A stretch of DNA of 43,499 bases from Octopus bimaculoides (GCF_001194135.2 NC_068988.1:2086190-2129688); one strand, 5' to 3'. Counted from the stretch's first letter, positions 22,231-33,670 are shown. Notes: generated by a model from the sequence alone, not told the origin. Program-made: numbers and translations.

Positions 22231-23700
22231 ATCAATGAAACAAGAACAGGTCACATGACCATTACGTATATCAGAAGTTTTTGAAGAATATTCAGTCTGG
22301 AAACAGAAATTTCTGTGACAAATTCCATGTTTTTTAAAACACTTTAAGTTTTGTTCACTGAAAATTTTACTTTTTTCTCTTTAATTTTCTTTCTGGTTCC
22401 ATGTATTGAACTGTGGTCATGTTGGAGCACCTTCATTTAGGACAGTACTATAGGTTTAAACAAGAAGCCATGGAATGGACTTCTTAAATACACTGCTATG
22501 TCTGCAGAGTTATATTTGCTATTTAAAATTTCATATTTTGAGTAAATCATGACCAAGCTGGCCAAAGACAATGATTCAAGATGCTTCTTTCTCTTTTTAA
22601 ATCCTTAACATTCTTGAGTGGTGGTGGTAGGGGTTAGATCATGTAATCTTTGATGGCCATCACTGATCAGTGTATTCAAGTGATGCAGTCTGCTAATCCT
22701 AAATTTAACAAATGTAGTTTCAAAACTGTTTGTAATGCATATTACAAATGATGTATTGTGCTGCTGCTGCTAGATTTTATCCATCATTTAGGGTTTTGAA
22801 ACTGGTTGTGATGCATTCTACAAATGACGTTTTCTGCTATTCCCAGATTTAGTCAATCTATAGTGTTTTTATAACTTGTTGGTTCTTTTATATGTATAGT
22901 AAGCAGTTGAAATGGCAATAATCTTTAGGTTAGTCTACTGTTATGGTTTTGGATAGTTCACATTTCCTTGCCTGAATATGAAAGCCAGTTTTTATTTTCT
23001 GTTGAAGTTCTCTGCAGATTTTAAAATATTTATGATAGTTACACCAAACTTATTTTACTCATTTTTAAACACTCAGGGTAGAGTGTGTTGGATTCTATAA
23101 CTAAACGCTCAATATTACACACCATAAACTTCCCATTCAATGATTGTTGTCAGCTGAAATGAATATCAAGTAATGAAACTGTGAAATTTTAAATCTTAAT
23201 ACATATAAATATTCCTAAATGGCTATTTAGAACTGTCACTTTATCTCTCTCATTTGATATTTCATAGAAATCTGTAATAATTGGTATCCCTGTCTCTAGA
23301 AATAACAGATACAAACAAGGTGTCACCAAGCAGTGGAAGGCTTCTCTTCACTTCACTCAAAAGGGAAGAGTTGTTCCCTAATGATTCAATTATCCGTAAC
23401 ACTATTTGCTGTTGCATTGTTTTGAACCCCACCTTGTAGACACACTTCAAGTGAAATACTGAACACCCTGTCTATTTAGTGCATTTGTTTCAGTGCATGT
23501 AACCAATCCATTGTAACCTTTTGATAATATATTGCAGGTTAGATGGGGTAGGCTTTTTTTAAATAAAATTTTAAGGTTTCTTCTGGTGCAGAAAAATATT
23601 CTTCTACATTGTTTCAATGAATGAATGAGCAACATGAGGAATTGCTTTTTGAAAAGTGTTAGAAGAACATACAGTTCTGACTGAATAGAAAAACAAAAAA

Positions 23701-23777
23701 CAACTGAGTCAGCTCTGATTGGATAGGAAAAGCAACTGAGTCAGCTCTGATTGGATAGAAAAAACAAGTGAGTCTGC
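23701..23777. repeat. 32-bp tandem repeat (2.4 copies) carrying TGAGTCA and CTGATTGG
   Basis: CAACTGAGTCAGCTCTGATTGGATAG twice exactly, plus a partial copy. Confidence 0.9.
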
Positions 23778-24139
23778 ACTAACATGTTGTATTGTTCTCA
23801 TGTAAAGAGTGAATAATGATTAGCAATTTTAAGTGGACAATCTATTTTCTGAAGAACACTGAAAAGATAAATTCTACTGACATAATCAAATAATTTTGAT
23901 GAGATTGATAATTGTAAATTGGAGATACTGTCACTGTCCACAAAACTTCTGTAGTGGGAGAAATAATGTCAATGGTAAATTCTTTCAGCCAGAGGTCACA
24001 CAGGGTCATTTTTGTAGTCTATTAAAGAAACTGAGTGAGATTTAGCTGCTATTTTATGTAGGTCAAGTAACCTTGTAGATGCTTCTTCCTTGGCTCAGAC
24101 TTCATAGATAATTCAGGTATACTCACCAGTTTTTTCATA

Positions 24140-24315
24140 TCTTCATTGGTTCAGGTACCCTTATTGTCTCTCTCCTACATTGGTTTGGTTACCTTTATTG
24201 GCTGGTATCTTCATTAGTTGGGAAACTCTTATTAGGGGTACTCATCCCTATTGGATTGAATCAAGCAATGTCAGTGCATTGAGGAGTGGATTAGGGTCCC
24301 TGATTGGCTCAGGTA
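24140..24315 (-). promoter_or_regulatory. Cluster of five co-oriented CCAAT boxes
   Basis: ATTGG at 24145, 24179, 24197, 24250 and 24303; the last reads GAGCCAATCAGG on the minus strand. Confidence 0.3.
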
Positions 24316-24461
24316 CTGATACCAAGTTCCCAGAATCCACTGTAGCAGTTGACTGTGATGGGAGAGCACATTATGGACTAAGGGATGACAAGTCAAAGGG
24401 AAATGGTTGTTTTCCAAAGAGAAGCCATCCTAACTGCCATGATTAAAAGACCTCGTTTTAC

Positions 24462-24505
24462 CTCTTTCTTATGTTTATTGGTGATGACTAATAAATGATC
24501 AAATG
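24462..24505 (-). CDS. Candidate 44-nt exon (xFDHLLVITNKHKKE), phase 1 to 0
   Basis: CTTTCTGTGATCACCTAACAG acceptor, GAG|GTAAAA donor, single open frame. Confidence 0.25.
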
Positions 24506-24950
24506 CTGTTAGGTGATCACAGAAAGTTATCTTCATCGGAAAGGAATGAGAAGCTCATGGTTTATTAACCAAGTGGGAAGATTTGGTGTTACTGTTTACT
24601 TTTTAAAGTGTATAGAGTTCAATGATAGTTTGAGCAGAAGAGCTTCAAGCATAACATCAGAGTTTGAATATATAAAACAATGTTAGATTTGTTGCTCTTA
24701 TGTTCCAGATTTCTCTTTGACCCTCCCAAGATATCCATTATGAGTTTTGTCATGGGCTGGTAGGACGTGTTCTCTCTCTCTCACACACACACACACTATC
24801 TCTTCTCACACATACACATACATTCAACATACACACACATATGCACACCTATGTAAAACTGAAAATATTAATACTATCAGATAACTGAAAATGCATTTTC
24901 TAGTGAGACTAATAAGTTATCATTATCTAATACTTGTGGTATTTTCTTGG

Positions 24951-25026
24951 TTATTATTCCAAGAATCTATTATTATTCCAAGAATCTATTATTATTCCAA
25001 GAATCTATTATTATTCCAAGAATCTA
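24951..25026. repeat. 19-bp minisatellite, 4 perfect copies (TTATTATTCCAAGAATCTA)
   Basis: Direct inspection. Confidence 0.95.
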
Positions 25027-25666
25027 TATGCCATTATGATTATATAATGAAACAAAACGCTCTAAATATTATGAATTCTAATTATTGAAGATAGCATTTA
25101 TATTTTTTCTTCTTTATTTCTTCAAACTAAATATGATCATATTTCTTGAAAGTTTCTCTGCAGAAGAAAAAGTAAGGCAAAAATATAGAATCTCTTTCAT
25201 CTGTAGTTTTGATGAAAAGAAATTAATAGGAAAAAAAAAAAATTATTTAAAATTATGTTTGAAATCATTTCCGTTTTGTTTGTACAAACATTTTCTTACA
25301 ATGTCATAACTATTACGAAGAAAATATTTCTCTTCTTCCTAATGTTTAGCAATATTTCTTTCAATTTTGTTTTTCTTGAAACTAAGATGAGTAAACTTCA
25401 GAAAAATATAAGATAGAAATAAATAAATATCTGCTACAAATCTCTGCATTTTGCCAGGAAGATGTCTGGAATTACCGAAATATTTTTTTGCCTGATTTAG
25501 TTTTATAATTATTAGAAATTGGTTTTGGTTCCATGGTGCAAATACTTAATGGAATAATTGTTAGAGATTTTGTCTCCCAGGAGAGTTGTTATTAGTTTAA
25601 TAAACACTAAGAATGGTAAGGGGTTTTCATGAATTTCTGTACTGAAATGTCCTCCCTGTTGAAGGG

Positions 25667-25771
25667 CTACTAGCTACGGCAGTGCATATTCTAAAATTAG
25701 AACAACAGAGAGGAAATTAGCATGGCCCCTGTGCAACAATGACATGAAAATTTATGAAGCATTCCATATTT
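25667..25771 (+). pseudogene. U6 snRNA pseudogene, full length
   Basis: CGGCAGTGCATATTCTAAAATTAGAAC..ACAGAGA..ATTAGCATGGCCCCTGTGCAA..ATGACA..AAATT..TGAAGCATTCCATATTT aligns to U6, with the ACAGAGA box (25705-25711) and AGC triad kept. Most CpGs are decayed and there is no TATA at -30. Confidence 0.92.
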
Positions 25772-25780
25772 ACTTTGCTC

Positions 25781-25846
25781 GCGGGGCTCCAGCATGGCCA
25801 CAGCCATTCGGCTGAATCATTTTAAAAAATAGAAGAATAAAAGAAT
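25781..25846 (+). mobile_element. SINE-A 3' module directly downstream of the U6 copy
   Basis: GCGGGGCTCCAGCATGGCCACAGCC..GGCTGAA...GAATAAAAGAAT matches 6240-6298. Confidence 0.85.
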
Positions 25847-26356
25847 GCATGAATGTCTCAGAATCCCCTAAATTCTGGAAACGCTATTTATTCTCTCTTT
25901 ATATAATAATATAAATATGCATTCTAGTCGTCATTGGTGAAATTTTTGGAAAGGTCGAATCCCCAAGCCGTGCCATGACTTCAGCAAGATTTGAAACTGG
26001 CATGTTGCTGACTGTGTTATAGAGACCTTGGTGACTCCTTGACCTTCTGGAAATAGCAACCAAATTTCCCTCAAATCAAACCTGAAGAAACTAAAGAAAA
26101 GGAAAGATATATTAGATACTGTAGTTTGTGTGTGTGTGTATGTTTGTGTGTGTGTGTGTGTGTTGCTTTGCTTTGTATTAACTATATCTAATTTACTTTC
26201 CCAGATCATAGAATTATTTTATTTACCGTCAAATTTCTATACTTCTTTATCTGGCATCAGTGATATTTCTGGTGACCTCAATGGCTAACTATCCACATTT
26301 ACTTATTCACACTTTGTTTTTAGAAACTTATTTCTTCAATTGTTCACTGAACTCAC

Positions 26357-26435
26357 GTTAAGAGTACATCTAAGCCTTCAGGTGTTGATGCTACATTTTC
26401 AGTTCTTGTTTGATCTCTATGTGTGTGTGGGTCAC
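26357..26435 (-). CDS. Candidate 79-nt exon (xDPHTHRDQTRTENVASTPEGLDVLL), phase 1 to 2
   Basis: GCTAAC branch-like motif, TTTTCATAAG acceptor, AAC|GTGAGT donor, single open frame. Confidence 0.35.
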
Positions 26436-26889
26436 CTTATGAAAAGTTATGTTAGCATAAATTTTTGGATATATCTAATATCACAATCGATTCAGTATGA
26501 ACCAATTTGTTTACTATAACATTGATTATATCCAAAGATAATTACGTAATGGAACAATGTGTTGACATTCTATATAATGTAATCCTGTACCAAAGATGCT
26601 TTATTCTTCATTCTAGTGAATGTTTTTTTTACATACTCTGGAATTGTTTTGAAATTCTTTGAAGTGAACTTTGGGTTTACTAATCTGACTTTGAGGATGA
26701 CCAGACATGTTAATTCCTTTTGAACTTAAACGATTCTAAGGGATCAATATCGTCAACCAAGTTTGGATAGCTACAGACTGCTTACAAGATGTCTGCCTTC
26801 ACTTTTGAATCACTGTCACTGTGCATTATGTACATGTATATTTGTGTGTGTGTGCGTGTGTGATTGTGTATATATATATGTATCTGTGT

Positions 26890-26936
26890 GTGAAAAACTA
26901 GAGGTAGNNNNNNNNNNGTTAAACGATGATGATGAT
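26890..26936 (+). mobile_element. RTE LINE copy collapsed into a 10-N gap
   Basis: GTGAAAAACTAGAGGTAG is identical to 11675-11692 (ORF2) left of the gap; the RTE tail GTTAAACGATGATGATGAT lies to the right. Confidence 0.7.
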
Positions 26937-27054
26937 ATATATATATATACACACACCCATATAATATACACACCCATATACATATACACACATACATATG
27001 CACATATATACGCATGTATATATATATATATATATGGTTTTATCCATTTTCTCA

Positions 27055-27282
27055 TGTGTATCTATTTCAGTCATTTGAATGCGGCCATGCTGGTGCACCA
27101 CTTTTAGTCGAGCAAATCGGCCCCAGGACTTATTCTTTGTAAGTCCAGTACTTATTCTACCAGTCTCTTTTGCTGAACCACTAAGTTATGGGGACGTAAA
27201 CACACCAACATCAAGTGATGTTTTGGGGGACAAACGCAGACACACAAACATACACACACATACATACATATATATATATGTG

Positions 27283-27336
<54 letters not shown>

Positions 27337-27602
27337 NNNNNNNNNNNNNNNNNNNNNNNNNNNNNNNNNNNNNNNNNNNNNNNNNNNNNNNNNNNNNNNN
27401 NNNNNNNNNNNNNNNNNNNNNNNNNNNNNNNNNNNNNNNNNNNNNNNNNNNNNNNNNNNNNNNNNNNNNNNNNNNNNNNNNNNNNNNNNNNNNNNNNNNN
27501 NNNNNNNNNNNNNNNNNNNNNNNNNNNNNNNNNNNNNNNNNNNNNNNNNNNNNNNNNNNNNNNNNNNNNNNTATATATATATATGTATATGTGTATACGG
27601 TT

Positions 27603-27649
<47 letters not shown>

Positions 27650-27790
27650 GGGCTTCTGAACAGTTTCCATCTACACCATGCTATTCCCAAGGAATTTGTT
27701 AACCTGAAGCTATAGCAGAGATCATTTCCTGAAGGTGCCATAGTGTGAGGTCAAATCTTATACTATGTAGCATGAAATGAATTTCTTAAT
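27055..27790 (-). mobile_element. SINE family A spanning a microsatellite and gap (second half 27055-27235, head 27648-27790)
   Basis: GCGGCCATGCTGGTGCACC...GAACCACTAAGTTA...; ATGGGCTTCTGAACAGTTTCCATCTAC. Confidence 0.65.
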
Positions 27791-28486
27791 CTCAGAATTA
27801 AGTCAGATCCTATCTATAGAATATTTCAATCAGTTCTCTACCAATGTCACCATTCCATTTCCTTCAAATGGTAACGTCTATGTTTTATTCCATTGAATAA
27901 ATTTTTAATTCAAAATAAATTCCTGTTCATACAGAATAATGTACATGCACAAACATACATTTGTATTTTGTCTGTGAGTCTATACATATGTGTATGTGTA
28001 TGTGTGTATACATATATATGCCTGTATATGTATGTACGAACGCACACACACACACACACATATGCATGCACATATGCTCACACATACACGCACTAAACAA
28101 GAGATCTCTCGGTAATGATTCTAATTAAATAACTGTAACAAATGTAAATACTAATTTTATTCTCGTTTGTTCACCGTAAGCACCAGAATCTAATTGGTAA
28201 TGGTGTTACATCCTGTAGAAAGCGGTATTGACACCTAAACCTAGAGATGCCACAGGACTTTTCTTTACTCAGGTACTTAAGTGCAATTTTGTTTGTATTA
28301 TTGGCACTTCCTTCCTGGAATGCTATAAACCCCAATAACCAAAGATCAGCTGAGCTGAAATTCTAGAATAACGAGCAACACATTTTATAAGAGCTACACA
28401 ATTCTATTTAGCTGTAATATTTGTTAGACCTAATGCTGATGAGAGAGGGTTCAAATCTGGTCTGGTTACCTCTTTTTATTTATTAT

Positions 28487-28635
28487 GGAGGCTTGGGTGT
28501 GTGGTTAAGAAGCTTACTTCTCAACCAGATGGTTTCAGTTCAATGCAGCCTGAGACTAGAGTCATCTACTATAGCCCAAGTCTAGCAAAGCCTTGTAATT
28601 GGATTTGGTAGATGGAAACTGAAAGAATCCCATCA
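28487..28635 (+). mobile_element. SINE family A 5' half
   Basis: GTGTGGTTAAGAAGCTT...TTTGGTAGATGGAAACTGAAAGAA. Confidence 0.75.
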
Positions 28636-28646
28636 TATATATACAT

Positions 28647-28691
<45 letters not shown>

Positions 28692-30264
28692 CAATATCTG
28701 TGTACACGATTTCTGGGTTATTTTGAGCTGAGTGGGGGTGCTAGATTCCTTTATTTGAAAATATAAGGGCACTGATCGTGTCGTATAACCAGCTGCAGAC
28801 GATGTCTCCTTGGGCTAAATTACAGCAACATTCGTCCTAAACCAGGACTGCCCTGTTATGTTGGCAAACAATCTTTACTACAAAGTACTGTTGCTGAATA
28901 TCTCTCGTTGTGAGATTTACAAATAGTAATTTTCTAGAAAGTTTTAGTAAATTAGAATGCAATATCTTCAAAATAAAGTTTTAGAAAACAAGTCTTTCTG
29001 CTTGTTATTGAAGTGAAAAACTGACATATTTAAAAGGAGCTGAATTTAATGTATACACAAATCGTGCTTTATAGAATGGTTAGACCTTTAACATTCGAAG
29101 ATGTTTTTCCAAGATCAGTGTTTCTCCATCTCAAAATATCGTAATTCTGCTAAACTGTGTACTTTCCATTCTGTGTTTGTGACTTGTAACAGTTAAAGCC
29201 TTTGTGGCTTTTCAACAAAGCAATAAGACAAAGAACCTGTATAGATATTTTAGTGCACTTAATAAATATTTTACAAGCAATTTATTTCAATATTTCTTGG
29301 CAAATATTAACCTGTTGCCTAATTCAACATTGTTCTGTAACTAGATTAAAAGTTTTCTCGAAATTTCTTTGTTAATCTCTTCAATGAGCACCTTTTAATC
29401 AAGCAGTCATTAATGATTCATCTTAACATTAGTTTAGCTTTCAGAATCTTAGCAACAATTAAAAAGTTCAAAGCAGTAAAAGAGAAATAAAAAGTCTTTA
29501 AATTAGAAATGTTTGAAAAGAATTTTGGAAAATCAAATTCACAACTTGAAATGGTTACTAATTAGAAAAATTTAGAAATAAATTGAGTTGGATATTGGAT
29601 GTTGTCTGCCAGAGTTTTTGATTTAATGTTTAGTTTTTTTTTTCCCTCCATTTTAGAGATTTTTTTTTATTGAAATAGAAAATTCCTTGGTTATTATGTT
29701 TAAACAGAAAATAAATAAGTTTTGAACTCACACTGCTTTGTGTGCACTAGTGAAACACTCCAGACAGTTTTCATTCCTGAACAAAAGTTATTTTTGTTGT
29801 ATAAACAGGGATTGTTCCCCAACCCTACCAGCCACCTTTCCCATCTCCCCACTCTTATGGTTGTGGGTGTGGATGGTAATTAGTATATTCTTTATGTTCA
29901 ATCACAATATTCTATCAGAATCATACATTATGGTATCACACTTGTTTAAACAATTTGTTTGCATCTGTTAGTCAATGTTTGCAGGAATTTTCCTATTATA
30001 GAAATTAATCTATATGTATATTTCTTTATAGGAGTGGAGACAGTTGTAACTGGCCATCTCACCTTGCAGCAAACCATGTCAATCTATTAACATATAAAGA
30101 GATAATAAAACTGGGTTTTCTTTTCTAGTCGTGAGCTGAAGCTTTTATCAGATAATTAGTTTGAAATTTTAGGGCTAACTTTTTGATGAATCGATGAAAC
30201 TAAGAACTCTAGATGAATGCCATTCTAGTGAGTGAAAGATTTTACGAAGAACACCTCCATACAT

Positions 30265-30517
30265 ACAAGCATGTCCTCTGCATCCCTCTCCTAGCTTGGA
30301 GGTCCTTGTCTTGAGGGCTTGTGAGGACTGGTGATATGTAAAAAGCATCCAGTCCACTCTGTAAAGTGGTTGGCATTAGGAAGGACATCCAGCCATAGAA
30401 ACCATGCCAAGGCAGACAAATGGAGTCTGGGTAACTCTCCAGCTGACCAGCTCTTGTCAAACTGTCCAATCCATGCCAGTATGGAAAATGGATGCTAAAT
30501 GATGATGATGATGATGA
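30265..30517 (+). mobile_element. RTE-type 3' UTR/tail (family D)
   Basis: GGTTGGCATTAGGAAGGACATCCAGCC...CCATGCCAGTATGGAAAATGGATGCTAAA(TGA)n. Confidence 0.75.
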
Positions 30518-30539
30518 CTGCAGAATGAAAATACTAAAG

Positions 30540-31075
30540 ATTCAGAATAATAGAGAGATGTATGAAACAAACTCATCTCCATCGTAACAATCTGATCTCT
30601 TCATCTTTAAATCTGCCCTCAACCGCTAACCTCATTGTTCAAAAACCATCAAACACTACAATTTACATCAACTTCATATCATGACTATTTACATTCTTCC
30701 TCACATCACACACAACAAACCCCATCATCTCTGCCTCATCTACTTTGACAAAAATCTGATCCTCTTAGTTACCATCCTCCCATCCCAAGCAAGCCTTTCG
30801 TTTTGTTGAACTTAACATACTCAGACCATCTGCTCTCCTCTTGCCCCAGGGATGTAAAATCTCTGTAAACTATCATCCTCATGATGATGGGCTCTTAGCC
30901 TCAAAGTCCCCTCTCGGTCACTGCCCCACACCTGACCCTAACACTGTGGCACTTCTCCTCCTCACTGAAATTGCTCTCTCCTTAAATTTCTTCTCCTTCT
31001 CCATGGAGTTCTACCATCAGGTCACCAGTGTGGCCATAGGACCCAGGATGGACACCAGGTATGTCAACTTGGCAT
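30540..31075 (+). mobile_element. Decayed Penelope-like element RT fragment
   Basis: Frameshifted DVKSL*T.IPHDDGLLA...LLLLTEIALSLNFFSFSMEFYHQVTSVAIGPRMDTRYVNL resembles the PLE RT motifs DVxSLYTxIPH and LxLNxFxF..Y.Q..G.AMG..M...YANL. Confidence 0.75.
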
Positions 31076-31326
31076 GACCATGCTGGGGCACCACCTTGAA
31101 GAATTTTTCATTGAAGGAAATAACCACAGGACTTATTTTATTTTAAAGCCTGGTACTTATTTTATTAGTCTCTTTACCTGAACTGCTAAGTTACAGAGAT
31201 GTAAACACACCAACACCAGCTGTTGAGTGGTAGTGGGGGACAAACAGACACAAGGACACACACACACATACACACACACATCTGTATATACATCTGTATG
31301 TATGTATGTATGTATGTATGTATATG

Positions 31327-31416
<90 letters not shown>

Positions 31417-31545
31417 GCTGCTCTCAGTTTCCATCCACCAAATCCACTCACAAGACTTTGGTTGAAGACACTTGCCCAAGGTGGTATGCAGTGAGACTGA
31501 ACCCAGAATCATGTGGTTGGGAAGCAAACTTCTTTGCCCACAGCA
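31076..31545 (-). mobile_element. SINE family A, near full length with a long internal (TA)n, next to the PLE fragment
   Basis: All family motifs present. Confidence 0.85.
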
Positions 31546-31549
31546 ATGT

Positions 31550-32100
31550 CTGCAGCTACTTGTTAATTCAAAGAATAATCCTCATAATCCTAGCGGGAGA
31601 TCTCTTCCCTGACAAGTAGGAACGCTTGTCTCCTAATTCCTCCTATCTCATCCTCTTCCTTCTTTACACATTCCTGCTTTGTGTAATTCTTATCCTCATG
31701 CATGTTTCTGTGTCTTTTTCCCCCACTTCTGTCTGTCTGTGTGTTCGTTACCAGCGTACACCATCAATCTGCGATGTTGCTACATTGTCCATTTGGCCTT
31801 CCTCCCACCACACCAACCACCTCAACACACACTGCACTCTTCCCTCTTGTCAGCCTCTTATTACATCATCTGCTTCACTACCTTCCCACTACATCTAACA
31901 TCAACCCTCTTTCTCTGCCTACTCCTCCCATACCTCACTCCCCCCCCCCTTTTCCCATTTGTCACATATGCTAATTACCTGCACATCCAATGCCTTTTCC
32001 TAACCAAATAACCTATTCACTTCTGATTCACTTCCACTGGCCTTGAAAACTCCGTTGAAAGGCTATAGTCAGAAACATTGGATTTTCCCATTCCGCACAG
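31550..32100 (+). mobile_element. Probable PLE 3' region/pseudo-LTR (pyrimidine-rich) with a degenerate hammerhead-like motif at 32045-32087
   Basis: Follows the PLE RT fragment after the SINE; GAAAACT-CCGTTGA-AA-GGCTATAGTC-A-GAAAC...TTTTC. Confidence 0.4.
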
Positions 32101-32410
32101 CAACTGAAATTACTGACACCTAACAAAATCATATGGATTAACCAACGGATTAACTAATCCATTGACCATTGCCATGATGGTAAAACTGAGAGAACGAGGA
32201 ACATTTCGAGCAATATTACATTTATAGAATTCAGTAGAAAATGGCCCATTTTTTATTTCTTTCAAATCAAATTGCTTTATTCACATTCAATCAAGTATTT
32301 CTGTGACTAAATCAACGAACGTTTTCTGAATCACAATATTCAATTGCACTAAGATACATTTTAATCCGCTTAGATCATATAAATATATCATTTCATTGTG
32401 CAGCGTTTCG

Positions 32411-32469
32411 TTATTTATTTATTTATGTGTTTCAGCCAAGTGGCTGCGGTCATGCTGGTGCACCACCGT
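32411..32469 (-). mobile_element. Stand-alone SINE-A 3' module
   Basis: Reverse complement ACGGTGGTGCACCAGCATGACCGCAGCCACTTGGCTGAAACAC(ATAA)n with no SINE body upstream. Confidence 0.7.
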
Positions 32470-33199
32470 GGGACAAGGTGACAGTATGACAGTCTGGGTA
32501 TGATGGATTTGGTTTTTAGATGCCAGAACATTTTGGTGATGGTAATTGCATCAAATCTAGACTGTTTTTCTTTTCATTTTATTCTATTCTACTTTTTTTC
32601 TTTTTTGTGTTTTGTATTTCAGATAGAACAGTAACTTACAATTAGAATTAAGTAGCAAAAATGCACCCAAGTCTACTATGATATTTGAAAATTTACCAAA
32701 GTGAAGGTGTTATGTTAGCTTTGAGTTGAGTAAGACTAATCTGGTTTTTGTTGTTTGGACTTTTTTTAAGTAAAAGAAAAATGGTTTGATAGTAAGTTAA
32801 CAAAGACAAAATGGAAAGTTAAAATGTAATCAAAGAGAAATATTGAAGTCAAGTAAATAGAAAGATTTTAAACTCAAGTGTAGTAACCAGTGTTTGGCAG
32901 ACAATTTACTGGAAATGAAGAAAATGAAAAAAAAAAAACATGTATAATAACTTCTCTATTTTTCCTTTCTCATGAATCAAAGAAGAGGCAGATGCCTTAG
33001 ATTTAATAAGAAAATAAACATGATAAGCCAAACGGATAATTTGAAAAAAAAAAAAATGTACATCAATAAGATAGAGAAGAAGAACAGCTACAACAATAAT
33101 GATTATGGTGAGGAATATTGCTCGAACTCAAACAACGATTTAGAATAACATAGAAAAACTATTAACTGTCCTCATATAAAAAAGAAAGGCAAAGGGAAC

Positions 33200-33244
33200 T
33201 TGAAATATATACATATACATATATATATATACATATATATATAC

Positions 33245-33286
<42 letters not shown>

Positions 33287-33670
33287 GTATATATACACAT
33301 ACACACATACATATACACATACACACATACATATATACACACACACATACATATATATATATACATATATACACATACAAACACATGCACACACATGCAC
33401 ACACACATATATATATACACACACATATATATATATACACACACATCCATATACACACACGCACGCACATGCACACGCACACATATATATACACATACAT
33501 ATATATATATACATACACATGTACGTACATACATATATATATGCTTATGTATATATATATATATATATATATAGATTGATATACATATATATGTATGTAT
33601 ATACATATTTTTACAAATATATGCATGTGTCTATATGGACACGGACACACACACACACATACACATAGAC
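33200..33670. repeat. Long (TA)/(CA) compound microsatellite
   Basis: Direct inspection. Confidence 0.95.

Noticed and set aside
23701-25026. Short direct repeats (32-bp and 19-bp) as possible CRISPR arrays
   Set aside because: Head-to-tail with no unique spacers, no cas genes, and a eukaryotic context.
25667-25771. Functional U6 gene
   Set aside because: Many substitutions and indels, only a short T-run, no upstream TATA, and fused to a retroposon tail.
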